Shown here: piece after piece, positions 15,471 to 24,554 of the stretch
Numbering within the stretch: position 1 is the stretch's first letter
Layout: every line of letters starts with the position of its first letter
Virus record (IMG/VR): IMGVR_UViG_3300038393_000798
Span: 1 to 29,160 of that record
Strand: one strand, 5' to 3'
DNA from: a virus
Taxonomy: Duplodnaviria > Caudoviricetes
DNA: 29,160 nt
The notes under the pieces: generated by a model
Told to the model about the DNA's origin: nothing
Seen by the model: the letters and a program-made list of their open reading frames with translations, nothing else
Database searches by the model: none
Translations under genes and position numbers: made by a program

Positions 15471-18400
15471 CCATGCAGAGTGCACAGAATCCATCTGGGT
15501 CTTGCTTACCTGATCCATATCCATCGGAACCCGGCGTGGGTCCCTGGGACTCAGCGTCGTGTCTGGGTGCTCTGATCGATGTACTGGGTTCGTCGGACCC
15601 GTGATGGTGTACGCTTTGTTGGGAGGATTCTGACTTCTGAGTTGCTTCTTTCTGAACGGTGTCCTTGATGTTAGCAGTCATCTCCTCACCTGACCGGTCT
15701 GCTAGATCCATCTGAGGTTTAGGAATGCTTTCAACTACCCGTGCATCTTGAAGATCTTGAGCTTTCTGAAACGTTCCAGCTAAGTCTTTCAGGCTGTTCT
15801 CTTTAGGAGCGTACATCTGCTTAGCGAGGTCGGAAGCTTCTTTAGCTTGATCTGGCGTCCACTTCCCATCTTCTCTTTTAATGATGTTGAGCTGAGCCAA
15901 GCGATCGGACGTTGTCATTTGTCCCTTTGAAGAATCAACTGCTTTAGCTAAGTCTTCATCTGATCCACCCAGACCAATAGCTTTCCTCGCCTTCTCCATC
16001 TTGAAAGCGTCGAACTTATTGATCTTATTTGCCCAGTCGTAGTCCGTCTTAGGAGTAACGTTTTCCTTAGCCCAGAACTTCCACCATGGATTTTTAAGTG
16101 ATGTATCGCTCTGAGTTCGATCTTCAACGTTCTTGCTGTAGTTAGGTGTATCTACTCCACGTTGAGGAGCGTCGTCCATTTCCTGGATCGGCGGAGCAAG
16201 TCTAGTCATCTTGAGCTTGGCGTCTGAAGGATCTTTCTTTCCAGTAGAAGCATCTGTAGCTTCCTGACGTGCGGCGTATAGTTCGGGATTCTCAAGCCAT
16301 GGTTTACGACCAGACCACTCCAAGTGTCCCAGATCGGGATTTCTCCAGTCACCACCCGAGATCATTCCGTTTCGATCTAGAATCTCACGCCAGAGTTTTG
16401 GATTCTTCTCAATCCACTCCCGTGAAGATTTGTTGATGATGTCTCGTCCAGTCTGAGATCCAATGTCCATGGCATTACCCATGGCATGCTGGCTCATCTT
16501 TCCTCTGCCGCCTATGCCTCCAGGACGTGGGTTATATCCACCGATCTGACCCAGAGGCATACCCGCTCGCTCCAGATCTTCGATCGTTCTCTGAAACGCT
16601 TCTTTAGACGCTGCGTTGATCCTGAATTTATGTCCACCAGCTGTTTTAACTGAGACGATGTTCGTTCCCGGTGCACCATACTGCGATGGTTGCATGTAGT
16701 TAGCTTTAGCGGTCAGGCTGTTGTAGACGTCTTTAGGCTTTGCGCTTTTAAGCACAGACTGCGGAGGAGAGACTCCAGACGTGGGATCAAGAGAAGCTAC
16801 CTGTTTACTCTGAACTGCTTCAACGGCGCGAGCAGTCTGATCATATCCACGCGTCCTGTTGCGTATACCAGCGTCGCGGTATCTAGGATCATCGATGCGC
16901 CACTTGATGTAACGTTTGCCGAGCAGATCGGCCATCGCGTTTCTATCAACGTTCTTCTGAGAAAGCATATCATTAAACTTTCCGCCGCCGTATTCTTTTT
17001 TGCTTAGTTCTTTCTTAATGAACTCAGCCTGAGCATTGAGAGCGTTCTGATCGCGTATGATGTTACCGTTCTTATCTAAAGCGCCGCGGTCAGCTAAGAA
17101 CTTCATCAGCTCTTTGTTACGTGATCCCTGCCAAGAAAACATTCCCGAATTTCGAGCTCCATTTGCTGGATCGACGTGGTTTCCAAAGACTAAGTTCGGA
17201 TTGAATGAATTCTCACGCGCAACTTCACCCGACAACACTAAAGCGCCCTGATGCGAGTATCCAGCGTTTCTAAACGCCTGATAGACTCCTCTCCTTAAAG
17301 CGTCTCCCTTCAGCGCACTTCCGGAAGGAATAGGACCCACGTTCACGGGTCCCATCGTCTTTCCCATTGGACTCTGTGTTCCCTGAGAAACCGAACTGGG
17401 TGCTTCGAATGAAGGAGTTCCTCTCGGATGATATCCCTTCGTCAGTGTAAAGTTCTCAGGAGCTTGCTGACTAACTGAACCACCCTGAGTAGTGATTGAA
17501 TTAGTAGTCAGATCAGGTCTAATCGGTGTGACAGGAGCTACAGTTCCAGGACTAGAAACACCGCGCGCCTGCGAAGCATTAGGTTCAATGGTTCTACCCT
17601 CAACTTCCTCTGCATGAGTTTTATCAGCAGAACTTCTCGGCTCAGTGACTACGCTGGACGATGTTATATGCTGCTTGATGTTGAGACGACCGTCGATGAC
17701 GATCTCAGGTGCTTTCAGTGTGATCTTCGTCTTAGAGGTGATGACTGCGTCTTTATCGGACTCAAGCGTCATCATACCCTTCGTCTTGAACTCTAAGTCC
17801 TCGGAGGGAAACTCATTGGCTTTCTGATCAGGAGATCCTTTTTTCTCATCTTTCTTTTTACCAGCGAACTTCTGGTAAACATCGTCCATGCGATTGTTGA
17901 GCCATCCCGTGACACCAAAGTTACGTCTATCCTTGAGGATGTTCGCTTTAGTCTGACCGTATTCCTTAACGTCTGAGTCGTACATCGATCTCTTATCATC
18001 CGATGTTCGACGCATTCCATAAGTCGCGGCACCCACACTTCCAATGACCGCAGCCGATCCCAAGAACTTCAGGGCTTTGAGTGCTTTAGCACCAATGATT
18101 CCCTCAACGGCAGTAGTCAGAGCACTTCCGATAAGAGACGACTTGGAGTCGGCGGTGTTAGCCGATCCCCCGCTAGGAGCTGGAAGAGTCGTCTTTATTT
18201 CTTTTGGGTCGATGGTTCTCCCTGATACAACGGGTTTCGCCAGCTCTCGTAATTTTTTCGTGATGTTGCGGTTGTCGTTCTCAACCGTTCTCAGTCGCTT
18301 GTCCACGCGCTTGACATCGGTCTCAAGATTCGAGAGCCTCTTATCTGTTGCTTTAAAAGCTTTTCTAACGTTGTCCTGAAAAACATTAACCACATCAGAA

Positions 18401-18756
18401 ACATCGTTCAGCGCATCGGATACCGCGCGATCAACATCGGAATCTCCAGAGTGTATCTGAGTTGTGCCTAGACGTCTGACAGTAACTTCCTTAAAAGTGC
18501 TGGACGGAGAGAACCTGGAGAGAAGGCTGCTTCCATATGACTTTCCGGGTGTGTATTTTGAAACGTCTTTATTGACGTTCTGTCGAGTGACGAGGCCGTT
18601 TCCCACAGGAGAATCGATGTAGCCTCCCTGTGCATAATTAACGGTAAGTCCCTGCAGAGCTCCATTGAAGAACGCCTTCATCCTCTCACGGTTTTTAGAT
18701 GAACCGGGAGCGACTGGATCTTGTTTTTTTGGTGTGTCTTTTGTGCCGTCAGCCAC
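15466..18756 (-). CDS. baseplate hub / tape-measure-like virion protein with phage tail lysozyme-2 and M15 peptidase domains
   Basis: N-terminal coiled coil; EVARENSFNP..SGMFSWQGSR..AQAEFIKKEL (lysozyme2-like); GGYNPR..SQHAMGNAMDI..GGDW..D.GHLE (M15 Zn peptidase); follows gp26/gp51. Confidence 0.7.
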   Translation of the reverse strand: MADGTKDTPKKQDPVAPGSSKNRERMKAFFNGALQGLTVNYAQGGYIDSPVGNGLVTRQNVNKDVSKYTPGKSYGSSLLSRFSPSSTFKEVTVRRLGTTQIHSGDSDVDRAVSDALNDVSDVVNVFQDNVRKAFKATDKRLSNLETDVKRVDKRLRTVENDNRNITKKLRELAKPVVSGRTIDPKEIKTTLPAPSGGSANTADSKSSLIGSALTTAVEGIIGAKALKALKFLGSAAVIGSVGAATYGMRRTSDDKRSMYDSDVKEYGQTKANILKDRRNFGVTGWLNNRMDDVYQKFAGKKKDEKKGSPDQKANEFPSEDLEFKTKGMMTLESDKDAVITSKTKITLKAPEIVIDGRLNIKQHITSSSVVTEPRSSADKTHAEEVEGRTIEPNASQARGVSSPGTVAPVTPIRPDLTTNSITTQGGSVSQQAPENFTLTKGYHPRGTPSFEAPSSVSQGTQSPMGKTMGPVNVGPIPSGSALKGDALRRGVYQAFRNAGYSHQGALVLSGEVARENSFNPNLVFGNHVDPANGARNSGMFSWQGSRNKELMKFLADRGALDKNGNIIRDQNALNAQAEFIKKELSKKEYGGGKFNDMLSQKNVDRNAMADLLGKRYIKWRIDDPRYRDAGIRNRTRGYDQTARAVEAVQSKQVASLDPTSGVSPPQSVLKSAKPKDVYNSLTAKANYMQPSQYGAPGTNIVSVKTAGGHKFRINAASKEAFQRTIEDLERAGMPLGQIGGYNPRPGGIGGRGKMSQHAMGNAMDIGSQTGRDIINKSSREWIEKNPKLWREILDRNGMISGGDWRNPDLGHLEWSGRKPWLENPELYAARQEATDASTGKKDPSDAKLKMTRLAPPIQEMDDAPQRGVDTPNYSKNVEDRTQSDTSLKNPWWKFWAKENVTPKTDYDWANKINKFDAFKMEKARKAIGLGGSDEDLAKAVDSSKGQMTTSDRLAQLNIIKREDGKWTPDQAKEASDLAKQMYAPKENSLKDLAGTFQKAQDLQDARVVESIPKPQMDLADRSGEEMTANIKDTVQKEATQKSESSQQSVHHHGSDEPSTSIRAPRHDAESQGPTPGSDGYGSGKQDPDGFCALCMA

Positions 18757-18765
18757 GTTTTTTCC

Positions 18766-18795
18766 TTGACAGTTTTACTAAAGGTGTGATAGTAT
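18766..18795 (+). promoter_or_regulatory. sigma70-like promoter antisense to gp51/gp26
   Basis: TTGACA-18 nt-TAGTAT with TG extension. Confidence 0.45.
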
Positions 18796-18827
18796 CGCGT
18801 GTAACGCGGCGCGTGAATCAGATAACA

Positions 18828-19001
18828 TTACTCTTTCTTCGTTCTCTCTAGGTAATCAACCAACATCTTAACGTAGATATCCCGTTCGAAAGGTATCAGA
18901 TTCATTATCTCATTTAAAGACCACTTATGGTGTTGGACTAAGTCAAAGGTTAGTCGATAGAAGCTCGCTAAGTCGTTATGACTTAGCGCAAATCGAAAAA
19001 A
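18828..19001 (-). CDS. gp51: gp51-like baseplate hub assembly domain, start-less ORF in the -1 frame of gp26 (predicted frameshift product), not in ORF track
   Basis: FFRFALSHNDLASFYRLTFDLVQHHKWSLNEIMNLIPFERDIYVKMLVDYLERTKKE*; QHHK.SL.E....P.ERDIY is the short gp51 signature of T4-like phages. Confidence 0.85.
   Translation of the reverse strand, partial: FFRFALSHNDLASFYRLTFDLVQHHKWSLNEIMNLIPFERDIYVKMLVDYLERTKKE
18966..19001 (-). promoter_or_regulatory. -1 programmed ribosomal frameshift signal
   Basis: mRNA T TTT TTC (19001-18995), 6-nt spacer, hairpin CGCTAAGTC-ATAAC-GACTTAGCG (18988-18966). Confidence 0.75.
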
Positions 19002-19663
19002 TCTGATAGCGTTCTAAGTTCTATCTTCCTTTCTGATCCTAATGAGTTTGTATATCGAAGATCAAGCTTCATAGAAGGTATCTTTGAGAAGAACTCATCG
19101 ATCTGATTAGAGACACTGATCGGAAGATCCTCATACCACTTATCAAACTCCTCTTTAGAATCGATCGGTGTTACTTGATCACCGTTGTAGATAGCCTCGG
19201 CACACTCAAAAAGAGCGTCTGACTCAGACTTCTTAGTCGAGTAGAGGCTGGCCGGAGGAAAACGAAGCCTCAAGAAACCAACGCCGTTCAAGTCGATGTC
19301 CCTATTGACACCGTTTATATCAGGCATCTCGATCTGGTCTAGATCAACCTTAAGTTTGTACTCTTTTCCGTCTTCTCGATCCTCATAAGTCTGCTCAATG
19401 ATGTTGGAGACTGACAGAGCTCTGATGCGGATGAACAGCCACTCGACGTCGAACATCGCGAGCTGATCTACTTGAAACCCATCATCAAGTGAGCAGTTGG
19501 CTATAACTTGCTTAACGGTGAGTAGTATATCCTCAGGATCGGACGACTGCTTGGCGATCAGGAGCAGGCGCTCCTCCTTCACCAGCATCGGTCTAAACTT
19601 TCCCTCTATTCCCTTGCTCGGGATGGTGATTCTCAAGATGGGTTGGTCGAGCTTTGGTAGCAT
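18983..19663 (-). CDS. gp26: baseplate hub assembly chaperone (T4 gp26)
   Basis: MLPKLDQP..IPS..FRPMLVKEERLLLIA, FDVEWLFIRIRALSV, FF..IP, LSDFF C-terminus. Confidence 0.9.
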   Translation of the reverse strand: MLPKLDQPILRITIPSKGIEGKFRPMLVKEERLLLIAKQSSDPEDILLTVKQVIANCSLDDGFQVDQLAMFDVEWLFIRIRALSVSNIIEQTYEDREDGKEYKLKVDLDQIEMPDINGVNRDIDLNGVGFLRLRFPPASLYSTKKSESDALFECAEAIYNGDQVTPIDSKEEFDKWYEDLPISVSNQIDEFFSKIPSMKLDLRYTNSLGSERKIELRTLSDFFDLR

Positions 19664-19676
19664 GTTCTATAGACTC

Positions 19677-20324
19677 CTATTGATCAAAATTAACCGCCGG
19701 CGTATCGAAGTCGTGATACCAGTCCATCATCGTGAAGACTGCTGTGAACTTCGCCAGGTTGCTCTTGTCTCCCCATCCCAGCTTGATGGGTGAGACCGCC
19801 ACTGGCCACGCCTGTCTAAGCACCGTTCTAACTCTCTCAGTCCCATCATCTGAGAACGCTGAGACTACAACGTTGGTGGCGATGTCTTCCATATAGCCCG
19901 ACTCATACGTTCCGATCCTCTGTCCTGAGATGTTTCCAGTCGGATTGATTGGATCGATGCCGTTCGAAGCGTTGAAGTTCTGAACCATCAGGACCCATTC
20001 CCTAAAGAACTGCCATGTTCGAGCGTTGGCGTCCACTAAGAACGTCAGGGGCATATCTTGAAACACAGCGTTGGTAGCGACTTTCTCAGTCGGACCAAAT
20101 CCATACCGACGAACGTCGACTGTGTTGTAGAAGATCTCAGGGATAGCACCTGAGTCGCACCAGAGATTCATCTCACGAGCCACTTCAGTGAAGGTAGCCT
20201 CTCCACCTCGTCCCTGCATTCCCGGTGGAATGGGAAAGTAAGCCATGAAGAGGTTCGTAGGGAGCAGCCCTCGTCGAGAAATCGCTGCTGAGAAAGTGTC
20301 TATGTTAAATCCGACTACCGGCAA
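19677..20324 (-). CDS. gp54: baseplate tail-tube initiator (gp54-like, tail-tube fold)
   Basis: N.F.A, LTF.VD..TW.FF.EW, L.QAWP.AVS.I.L.W..F.AVF; position in the baseplate module. Confidence 0.7.
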   Translation of the reverse strand: MPVVGFNIDTFSAAISRRGLLPTNLFMAYFPIPPGMQGRGGEATFTEVAREMNLWCDSGAIPEIFYNTVDVRRYGFGPTEKVATNAVFQDMPLTFLVDANARTWQFFREWVLMVQNFNASNGIDPINPTGNISGQRIGTYESGYMEDIATNVVVSAFSDDGTERVRTVLRQAWPVAVSPIKLGWGDKSNLAKFTAVFTMMDWYHDFDTPAVNFDQ

Positions 20325-20341
20325 TTTCTATTCCTTTTGAG

Positions 20342-20349
20342 TATTTATG
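20342..20349 (-). promoter_or_regulatory. late promoter variant CATAAATA
   Basis: Intergenic, upstream of the AAGGA RBS of the gp54-like gene. Confidence 0.6.
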
Positions 20350-20356
20350 TACGGCA

Positions 20357-21031
20357 TCATGATTTAGACGCAGTCCTGGCTTTGGCGACTCGAGTCTTCT
20401 TTGCTTTCTTTGCCCGTGCGTCCCTCTTGACACGACTCCTGCTCTTGGGTCTCCTACCCGACATCGAGTCGCTCCATACCTGCTGCTCAGTGGCACCAAC
20501 CCATCGAGCCACCGGAAGAAGACAAGCCTGCTCCCACTCGCGATCGTCGATGTTGACTATCTGAGACCTGACGTGTCCGTGAAGGTATCTCTTGATGCAG
20601 GGAGCGTAGTTCGATAGTGCCTTGGCGCTCTTGACGATTCCATATGATATCCTAAGCCTCCTGACACCGTTCGTCTCAGTCGCCAGCTCCTCAAGCGCAC
20701 GCACGAAAGCGAGCCTGACCCTGGGAGGAAGATAATGGAGGTTCAATCCGAGCATGGAGTCGCTGTCCAGTGATAGGGGCACCACAACTGGATACCTATC
20801 GTAGTATGGGAGTGTGTCCTTGTGCTTGGGATCATATGAGAACATGACCATCTGACCAACGAGCTCTCCGCTCTTGGTAGTGTATCCGGTTCTCGTTTTA
20901 GATGCACCCTTCTCATTCTTCTCTTTTCGAATGCCGCGAACGACTCGAAAGAACCACTCGACTGAGCCTCTCTTCTTATCCTCTAGAGGCTTTCCACCGC
21001 GCCTTATGAGATCTTCAAGTGTTATTGCCAT
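20357..21031 (-). CDS. gp2: DNA end protector protein (T4 gp2)
   Basis: GQMVMFSYDPKHKDTLPYYDRYP, GLNLHYLPP, PCIKRYL..HVRS, WE.A.LLP. Confidence 0.93.
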   Translation of the reverse strand: MAITLEDLIRRGGKPLEDKKRGSVEWFFRVVRGIRKEKNEKGASKTRTGYTTKSGELVGQMVMFSYDPKHKDTLPYYDRYPVVVPLSLDSDSMLGLNLHYLPPRVRLAFVRALEELATETNGVRRLRISYGIVKSAKALSNYAPCIKRYLHGHVRSQIVNIDDREWEQACLLPVARWVGATEQQVWSDSMSGRRPKSRSRVKRDARAKKAKKTRVAKARTASKS

Positions 21032-21495
21032 TACTTCTGCCTCTTTTTAAGACCCAGATCGAATTCGTTCAGAACCATAAATCTCCATCCCTGTTTATCG
21101 CAGAACGCCTTGCACGCTTTCCACTTTGATAAATTAGTGGCGAAGGTAGCCGACTCCTTCAGGAGCTTTCTCTTCGTCTTTCCCTGAGTGACGGGAGGCT
21201 TCATCTCATGAGCGGGTTTTATCTCAATGACGAGCGTCTCGACTTTACCCTCTCCATTGCGCTTCTTGACGATGAAGTCCGGATAGTAGTGTCTCCATTT
21301 ACCCAGGCTCTTATCTGGATTTCTCTTGGATGGATCCTTGTAGGGAATGGCCAGAGTTTCCGAGCTCCATGCTTCCACGCTCGGTGAGTTATCGAGATCA
21401 GCCATGCACTTCATCTCCCACGACGAACGATAGACGATGTTCTTCAGATCACCGACGTACTTCTTAGGATTTTTTGGTTTGAAATATCCCTTCAT
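21031..21495 (-). CDS. gp4: head completion nuclease (T4 gp4)
   Basis: FKPKNPKKY.GD..I.YRSSWE, WSSE, HYYPDF, IEIKP, N.SKW.A. Confidence 0.93.
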   Translation of the reverse strand: MKGYFKPKNPKKYVGDLKNIVYRSSWEMKCMADLDNSPSVEAWSSETLAIPYKDPSKRNPDKSLGKWRHYYPDFIVKKRNGEGKVETLVIEIKPAHEMKPPVTQGKTKRKLLKESATFATNLSKWKACKAFCDKQGWRFMVLNEFDLGLKKRQK

Positions 21496-21500
21496 ATCAC

Positions 21501-21521
21501 TATTTAGCCGCTGCCTAAATA
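21501..21521. promoter_or_regulatory. back-to-back late promoters (GCTAAATA on -, CCTAAATA on +)
   Basis: TATTTAG-CCGCTGC-CTAAATA in the 49-bp gap between divergent gp4 and gp48. Confidence 0.6.
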
Positions 21522-21544
21522 GTAGAAAGAAACGAGGAAGTTAA

Positions 21545-22582
21545 ATGGCATCCCTGAGCAGCGACGTTTTATCTAATCTATCCATAGGTTCGATAAATCA
21601 AGTTCCCAATATACAGGGACCGACTGCTGCTGAGATGTATCGTTCAGGAAGCAACATCTCAGTTCCTCCCATCGACGCTGTGAATCTCTCGATAAAGAGA
21701 ACTACCACGATCGATACGCTGACGTTCCCAGGTGATCGTCCAAAGTTCTACGTCGCGATCGAGATCCTTGGATATCACCGGTTCGATGGTCAGGGCGGTA
21801 ATATGTTTCAAGTCTCAAGAATGGATCATCAGAACTCCATCATCATGCCCCTACCGCAGATGCTCACTGACGCCAACATGGTCACGTACGATCAAGCTGA
21901 GTTAACTCTGGGTGGAGGTGGTGCGGGTCAGATATTCGCCAACTCACGAAACGCTATCAACAACGCTCAGGACGCTACGTCTGGAATAACTCAGAGTGTC
22001 AGTGATAATGGTCCTCTCGCCGCTGGTCTTGGTGCAGCGGCTGTCGCTGGTGCGGTTACTGGATATATTGCTAATAGGACTAAAATTCCTGGAACGTTAA
22101 TGAGAAATCTTGGAACGAACGCGGCACGGCTCGCTGGTTATACACCTAATCAGTTCTTGACGATCCTTCTGAAAGGACCAGCTTATAAGAGACATTCACT
22201 TCGTTGGTTGGTATCACCACACAATCCTCAGGAAGCAAAGAACCTTCAGCAGATCATTTGGACTATCAACAACGCTAAGGCACCGGGTGTGACTGCGGGT
22301 GGAGCGATCTTTACGTTTCCATCGATCTTCAGGATATCGATCATGCCCAATTCACAGTTCATGTATAAGTTTAAGCCAGCGGTTGTCGAGAGCTTCACAG
22401 TAGATTACACGGGCGGAACGGGTATTCCAAACTTCAAGCGCTCCTCTGCCTTTGGACTGGGTCAGGACTATCCGCCCGGTCTTCTGCAGATTGAGATGAA
22501 CTTACTCGAGCTGGAGTTCTGGCTTAATCAGAACTACTCCGACAACAACGATCCCAACGACGTATCAACGGGAACACCATAA
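21545..22582 (+). CDS. gp48: baseplate tail-tube cap (T4 gp48-like)
   Basis: I.MPLP, PN....L.GP..K.HS..W..SPHN.QEA..., FP..F.I, V.VDYT, M.L.ELE; upstream of gp53. Confidence 0.75.
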   Translation: MASLSSDVLSNLSIGSINQVPNIQGPTAAEMYRSGSNISVPPIDAVNLSIKRTTTIDTLTFPGDRPKFYVAIEILGYHRFDGQGGNMFQVSRMDHQNSIIMPLPQMLTDANMVTYDQAELTLGGGGAGQIFANSRNAINNAQDATSGITQSVSDNGPLAAGLGAAAVAGAVTGYIANRTKIPGTLMRNLGTNAARLAGYTPNQFLTILLKGPAYKRHSLRWLVSPHNPQEAKNLQQIIWTINNAKAPGVTAGGAIFTFPSIFRISIMPNSQFMYKFKPAVVESFTVDYTGGTGIPNFKRSSAFGLGQDYPPGLLQIEMNLLELEFWLNQNYSDNNDPNDVSTGTP

Positions 22583-23451
22583 TGGCAGCAGGCGATTCGG
22601 GTTATTTTTCACGCTTTCCAATCATTGAGTACAGAGGCAAGCAGACTATTGATCTGACAAGACGCGTCAGATTATCTGACTCAATCTTGAGACAACCCAA
22701 TGTCTTTTATCCATTCACACTCACGAATGAGATGCGACCCGACACACTCGCTTTCGATTACTACGGTGATCCGAACGTTGAGTGGATCACGTATTTGTCG
22801 AATGGAATCATCGATCCGTACTACGGATGGTATCTGACCGACGATGAGTTCGGTAAGCACATCGAGAATAAGTATGGATCCATCGAAGACCCTCAGCTAC
22901 GCATCCACCACTGGGCAGTTAACTGGGCGGATGCTGAGCTCAATGTATCTGTTGGATTCTATGAGAACCAGCCTGAAGTTCTGAAGAAGTATTGGATACC
23001 CAACTACGGTATCGGTTCGAAGATCCTCTCCTACCGCAGGCGCCAGGACGATTGGATGGTAGACACCAACTGCATAGTGAAGATCGACGTGGACAACGTG
23101 AGTGGACCGGGATTCAGCGTCGGCGAGCTCATTGACTTTACTCGTGATGTGAACATCGGCTTTGGTGAGATTGTCCAAGTTTCCGATGATTCTATCTACG
23201 TAAAGAATCTGGTGGGCACGTACGACGACACTTCTTCCTCGATAGAGGGACACGGAGGGACTTCAGCGTCGATCGTTGGGGTGACTACCCTCGTTCAGAA
23301 CATCCCTCTAGAGGAAGGAGATTTCTGGGAACCAGTCACTTACTACGACTGGGAAAACGAAAAGAACGAAGCCAATAAACTCATCACACTCATCGACGTG
23401 AACTACGCACCGAGTCTGGCCCGTAGCCTGACAAAATCCCTGAACGAATAA
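22582..23451 (+). CDS. gp53: baseplate wedge subunit (T4 gp53)
   Basis: YFSRFP.I.Y, RPDTLAFDYYGD..W..LSN.IIDPY..W, Y.WE.EKNE..K.I. Confidence 0.88.
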   Translation: MAAGDSGYFSRFPIIEYRGKQTIDLTRRVRLSDSILRQPNVFYPFTLTNEMRPDTLAFDYYGDPNVEWITYLSNGIIDPYYGWYLTDDEFGKHIENKYGSIEDPQLRIHHWAVNWADAELNVSVGFYENQPEVLKKYWIPNYGIGSKILSYRRRQDDWMVDTNCIVKIDVDNVSGPGFSVGELIDFTRDVNIGFGEIVQVSDDSIYVKNLVGTYDDTSSSIEGHGGTSASIVGVTTLVQNIPLEEGDFWEPVTYYDWENEKNEANKLITLIDVNYAPSLARSLTKSLNE

Positions 23452-23470
23452 AGGGACCCGTAGGTCCCTT
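23451..23470. terminator. hairpin terminator between convergent genes
   Basis: AAGGGACC-CGTA-GGTCCCTT. Confidence 0.7.
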
Positions 23471-23496
23471 CTTCAGTCGTATGATGGAGTGATGGT

Positions 23497-23739
23497 TTAA
23501 TCGATTAAGAAAGCGTCGATCGCTTGAGAACCGATTCCATCGTCGATTTCAAGATAAACGACCGCAATCGTCATTCCCATATAAGTGACGATCATCGTCT
23601 GAGTGACCAGTGTTAGATCGTCATCGATCTTCGTGACTGACTTTGGCATCTGACTAACGATCTTCAAGTCATTTGGTGGAGTCAATTTGTTGTCCTTGAT
23701 GTTCTCAAGGATAATTGGAGGAAGTGGTTTGACTGTCAT
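23497..23739 (-). CDS. hypothetical protein
   Basis: AGGAG RBS favours ATG 23739; has its own sigma70-like promoter. Confidence 0.7.
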   Translation of the reverse strand: MTVKPLPPIILENIKDNKLTPPNDLKIVSQMPKSVTKIDDDLTLVTQTMIVTYMGMTIAVVYLEIDDGIGSQAIDAFLID

Positions 23740-23765
23740 ATCACACTCCTGTTTCAAACGACAGC

Positions 23766-23794
23766 ACTCTATCACAATCGCCCGGCGTTGTACA
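23766..23794 (-). promoter_or_regulatory. sigma70-like early promoter
   Basis: TGTACA-17-TAGAGT with TG extension. Confidence 0.6.
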
Positions 23795-23798
23795 TCGG

Positions 23799-24239
23799 TT
23801 ATTTGGTCTGGTCGATTATCCCCACTTGAGGACCGGAGCCATCGGGATTTGGTCGCACCGCGAAGACGAAGGGAAGCGACTTCTGCTGTGTATGGAGCTT
23901 GACGTTCTGAATGCGTTGGTTATCGGAGTCAAGGCGCATGGCACAGAAGGTGATGTTGTCCTCGTGCTTGACTGCGATCGCGTCTCCCACGAGCCTGAAC
24001 CGAACCGGCTCATTCCGAACGATGCCGAGCTCCTTTCGAACGCGCTTCTGCTCGACTGGAGACAGAGCATCGATCTTCTTGTCCGCTTCATTGAAGCTTG
24101 CTTGGATCTCGTCGGTGATCATGTCGATGGCAGCCTGGGCCGAATGGCTGCATTGATTCTGGATGTCGACGCTCTCGCTTGCGTACACCTGCGTTGCGAA
24201 TGCCAGCGCCGCAGCGGTCGTCAAAAAGAACTTAGTCAT
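23799..24239 (-). CDS. exported hypothetical protein (signal peptide)
   Basis: GAGGAG RBS; MTKFFLTTAAALAFATQVYA signal peptide. Confidence 0.75.
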   Translation of the reverse strand: MTKFFLTTAAALAFATQVYASESVDIQNQCSHSAQAAIDMITDEIQASFNEADKKIDALSPVEQKRVRKELGIVRNEPVRFRLVGDAIAVKHEDNITFCAMRLDSDNQRIQNVKLHTQQKSLPFVFAVRPNPDGSGPQVGIIDQTK

Positions 24240-24257
24240 AATACTCTCCTCTTCAAA

Positions 24258-24278
24258 TGAGCGGAGGGATTCCGCTCA
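24258..24278 (-). terminator. hairpin, possible terminator
   Basis: TGAGCGGA/TCCGCTCA with a short U tract on the - strand. Confidence 0.5.
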
Positions 24279-24476
24279 ATTCTCTTGAATCTTGATGATG
24301 AAGTCTTGTCTCTGCCCTTGGTTGTTGACGATGAAGAAGCTGACTGAGCGCTTCGTGCGTCCCTTGATAACGACTGACCCATGAACGCTTAGGACTTGAT
24401 GGAAGAGTCCTCCAGTCTCGAACCCATGCTTGATTAGATGGGTTGTCATTGACTCGACTTCGTCGGCGATGTTCAT
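24276..24476 (-). CDS. hypothetical protein
   Basis: AGGGA RBS. Confidence 0.65.
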   Translation of the reverse strand: MNIADEVESMTTHLIKHGFETGGLFHQVLSVHGSVVIKGRTKRSVSFFIVNNQGQRQDFIIKIQEN

Positions 24477-24520
24477 TTCAAAATGTCCCTAGAATGATCG
24501 TGGATGATTTGAATGTGGGA

Positions 24521-24542
24521 GGGAGGGTTGCTATACCCTCCC
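24521..24542 (-). terminator. hairpin downstream of the ATPase
   Basis: GGGAGGGT/ACCCTCCC; no clear U tract. Confidence 0.4.
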
Positions 24543-24554
24543 GATTTAGGACGT

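Noticed and set aside
21031-21495. TnsA-like nuclease as a mobile element
   Set aside because: Matches T4 gp4 in its normal position next to gp2; no transposon ends seen.
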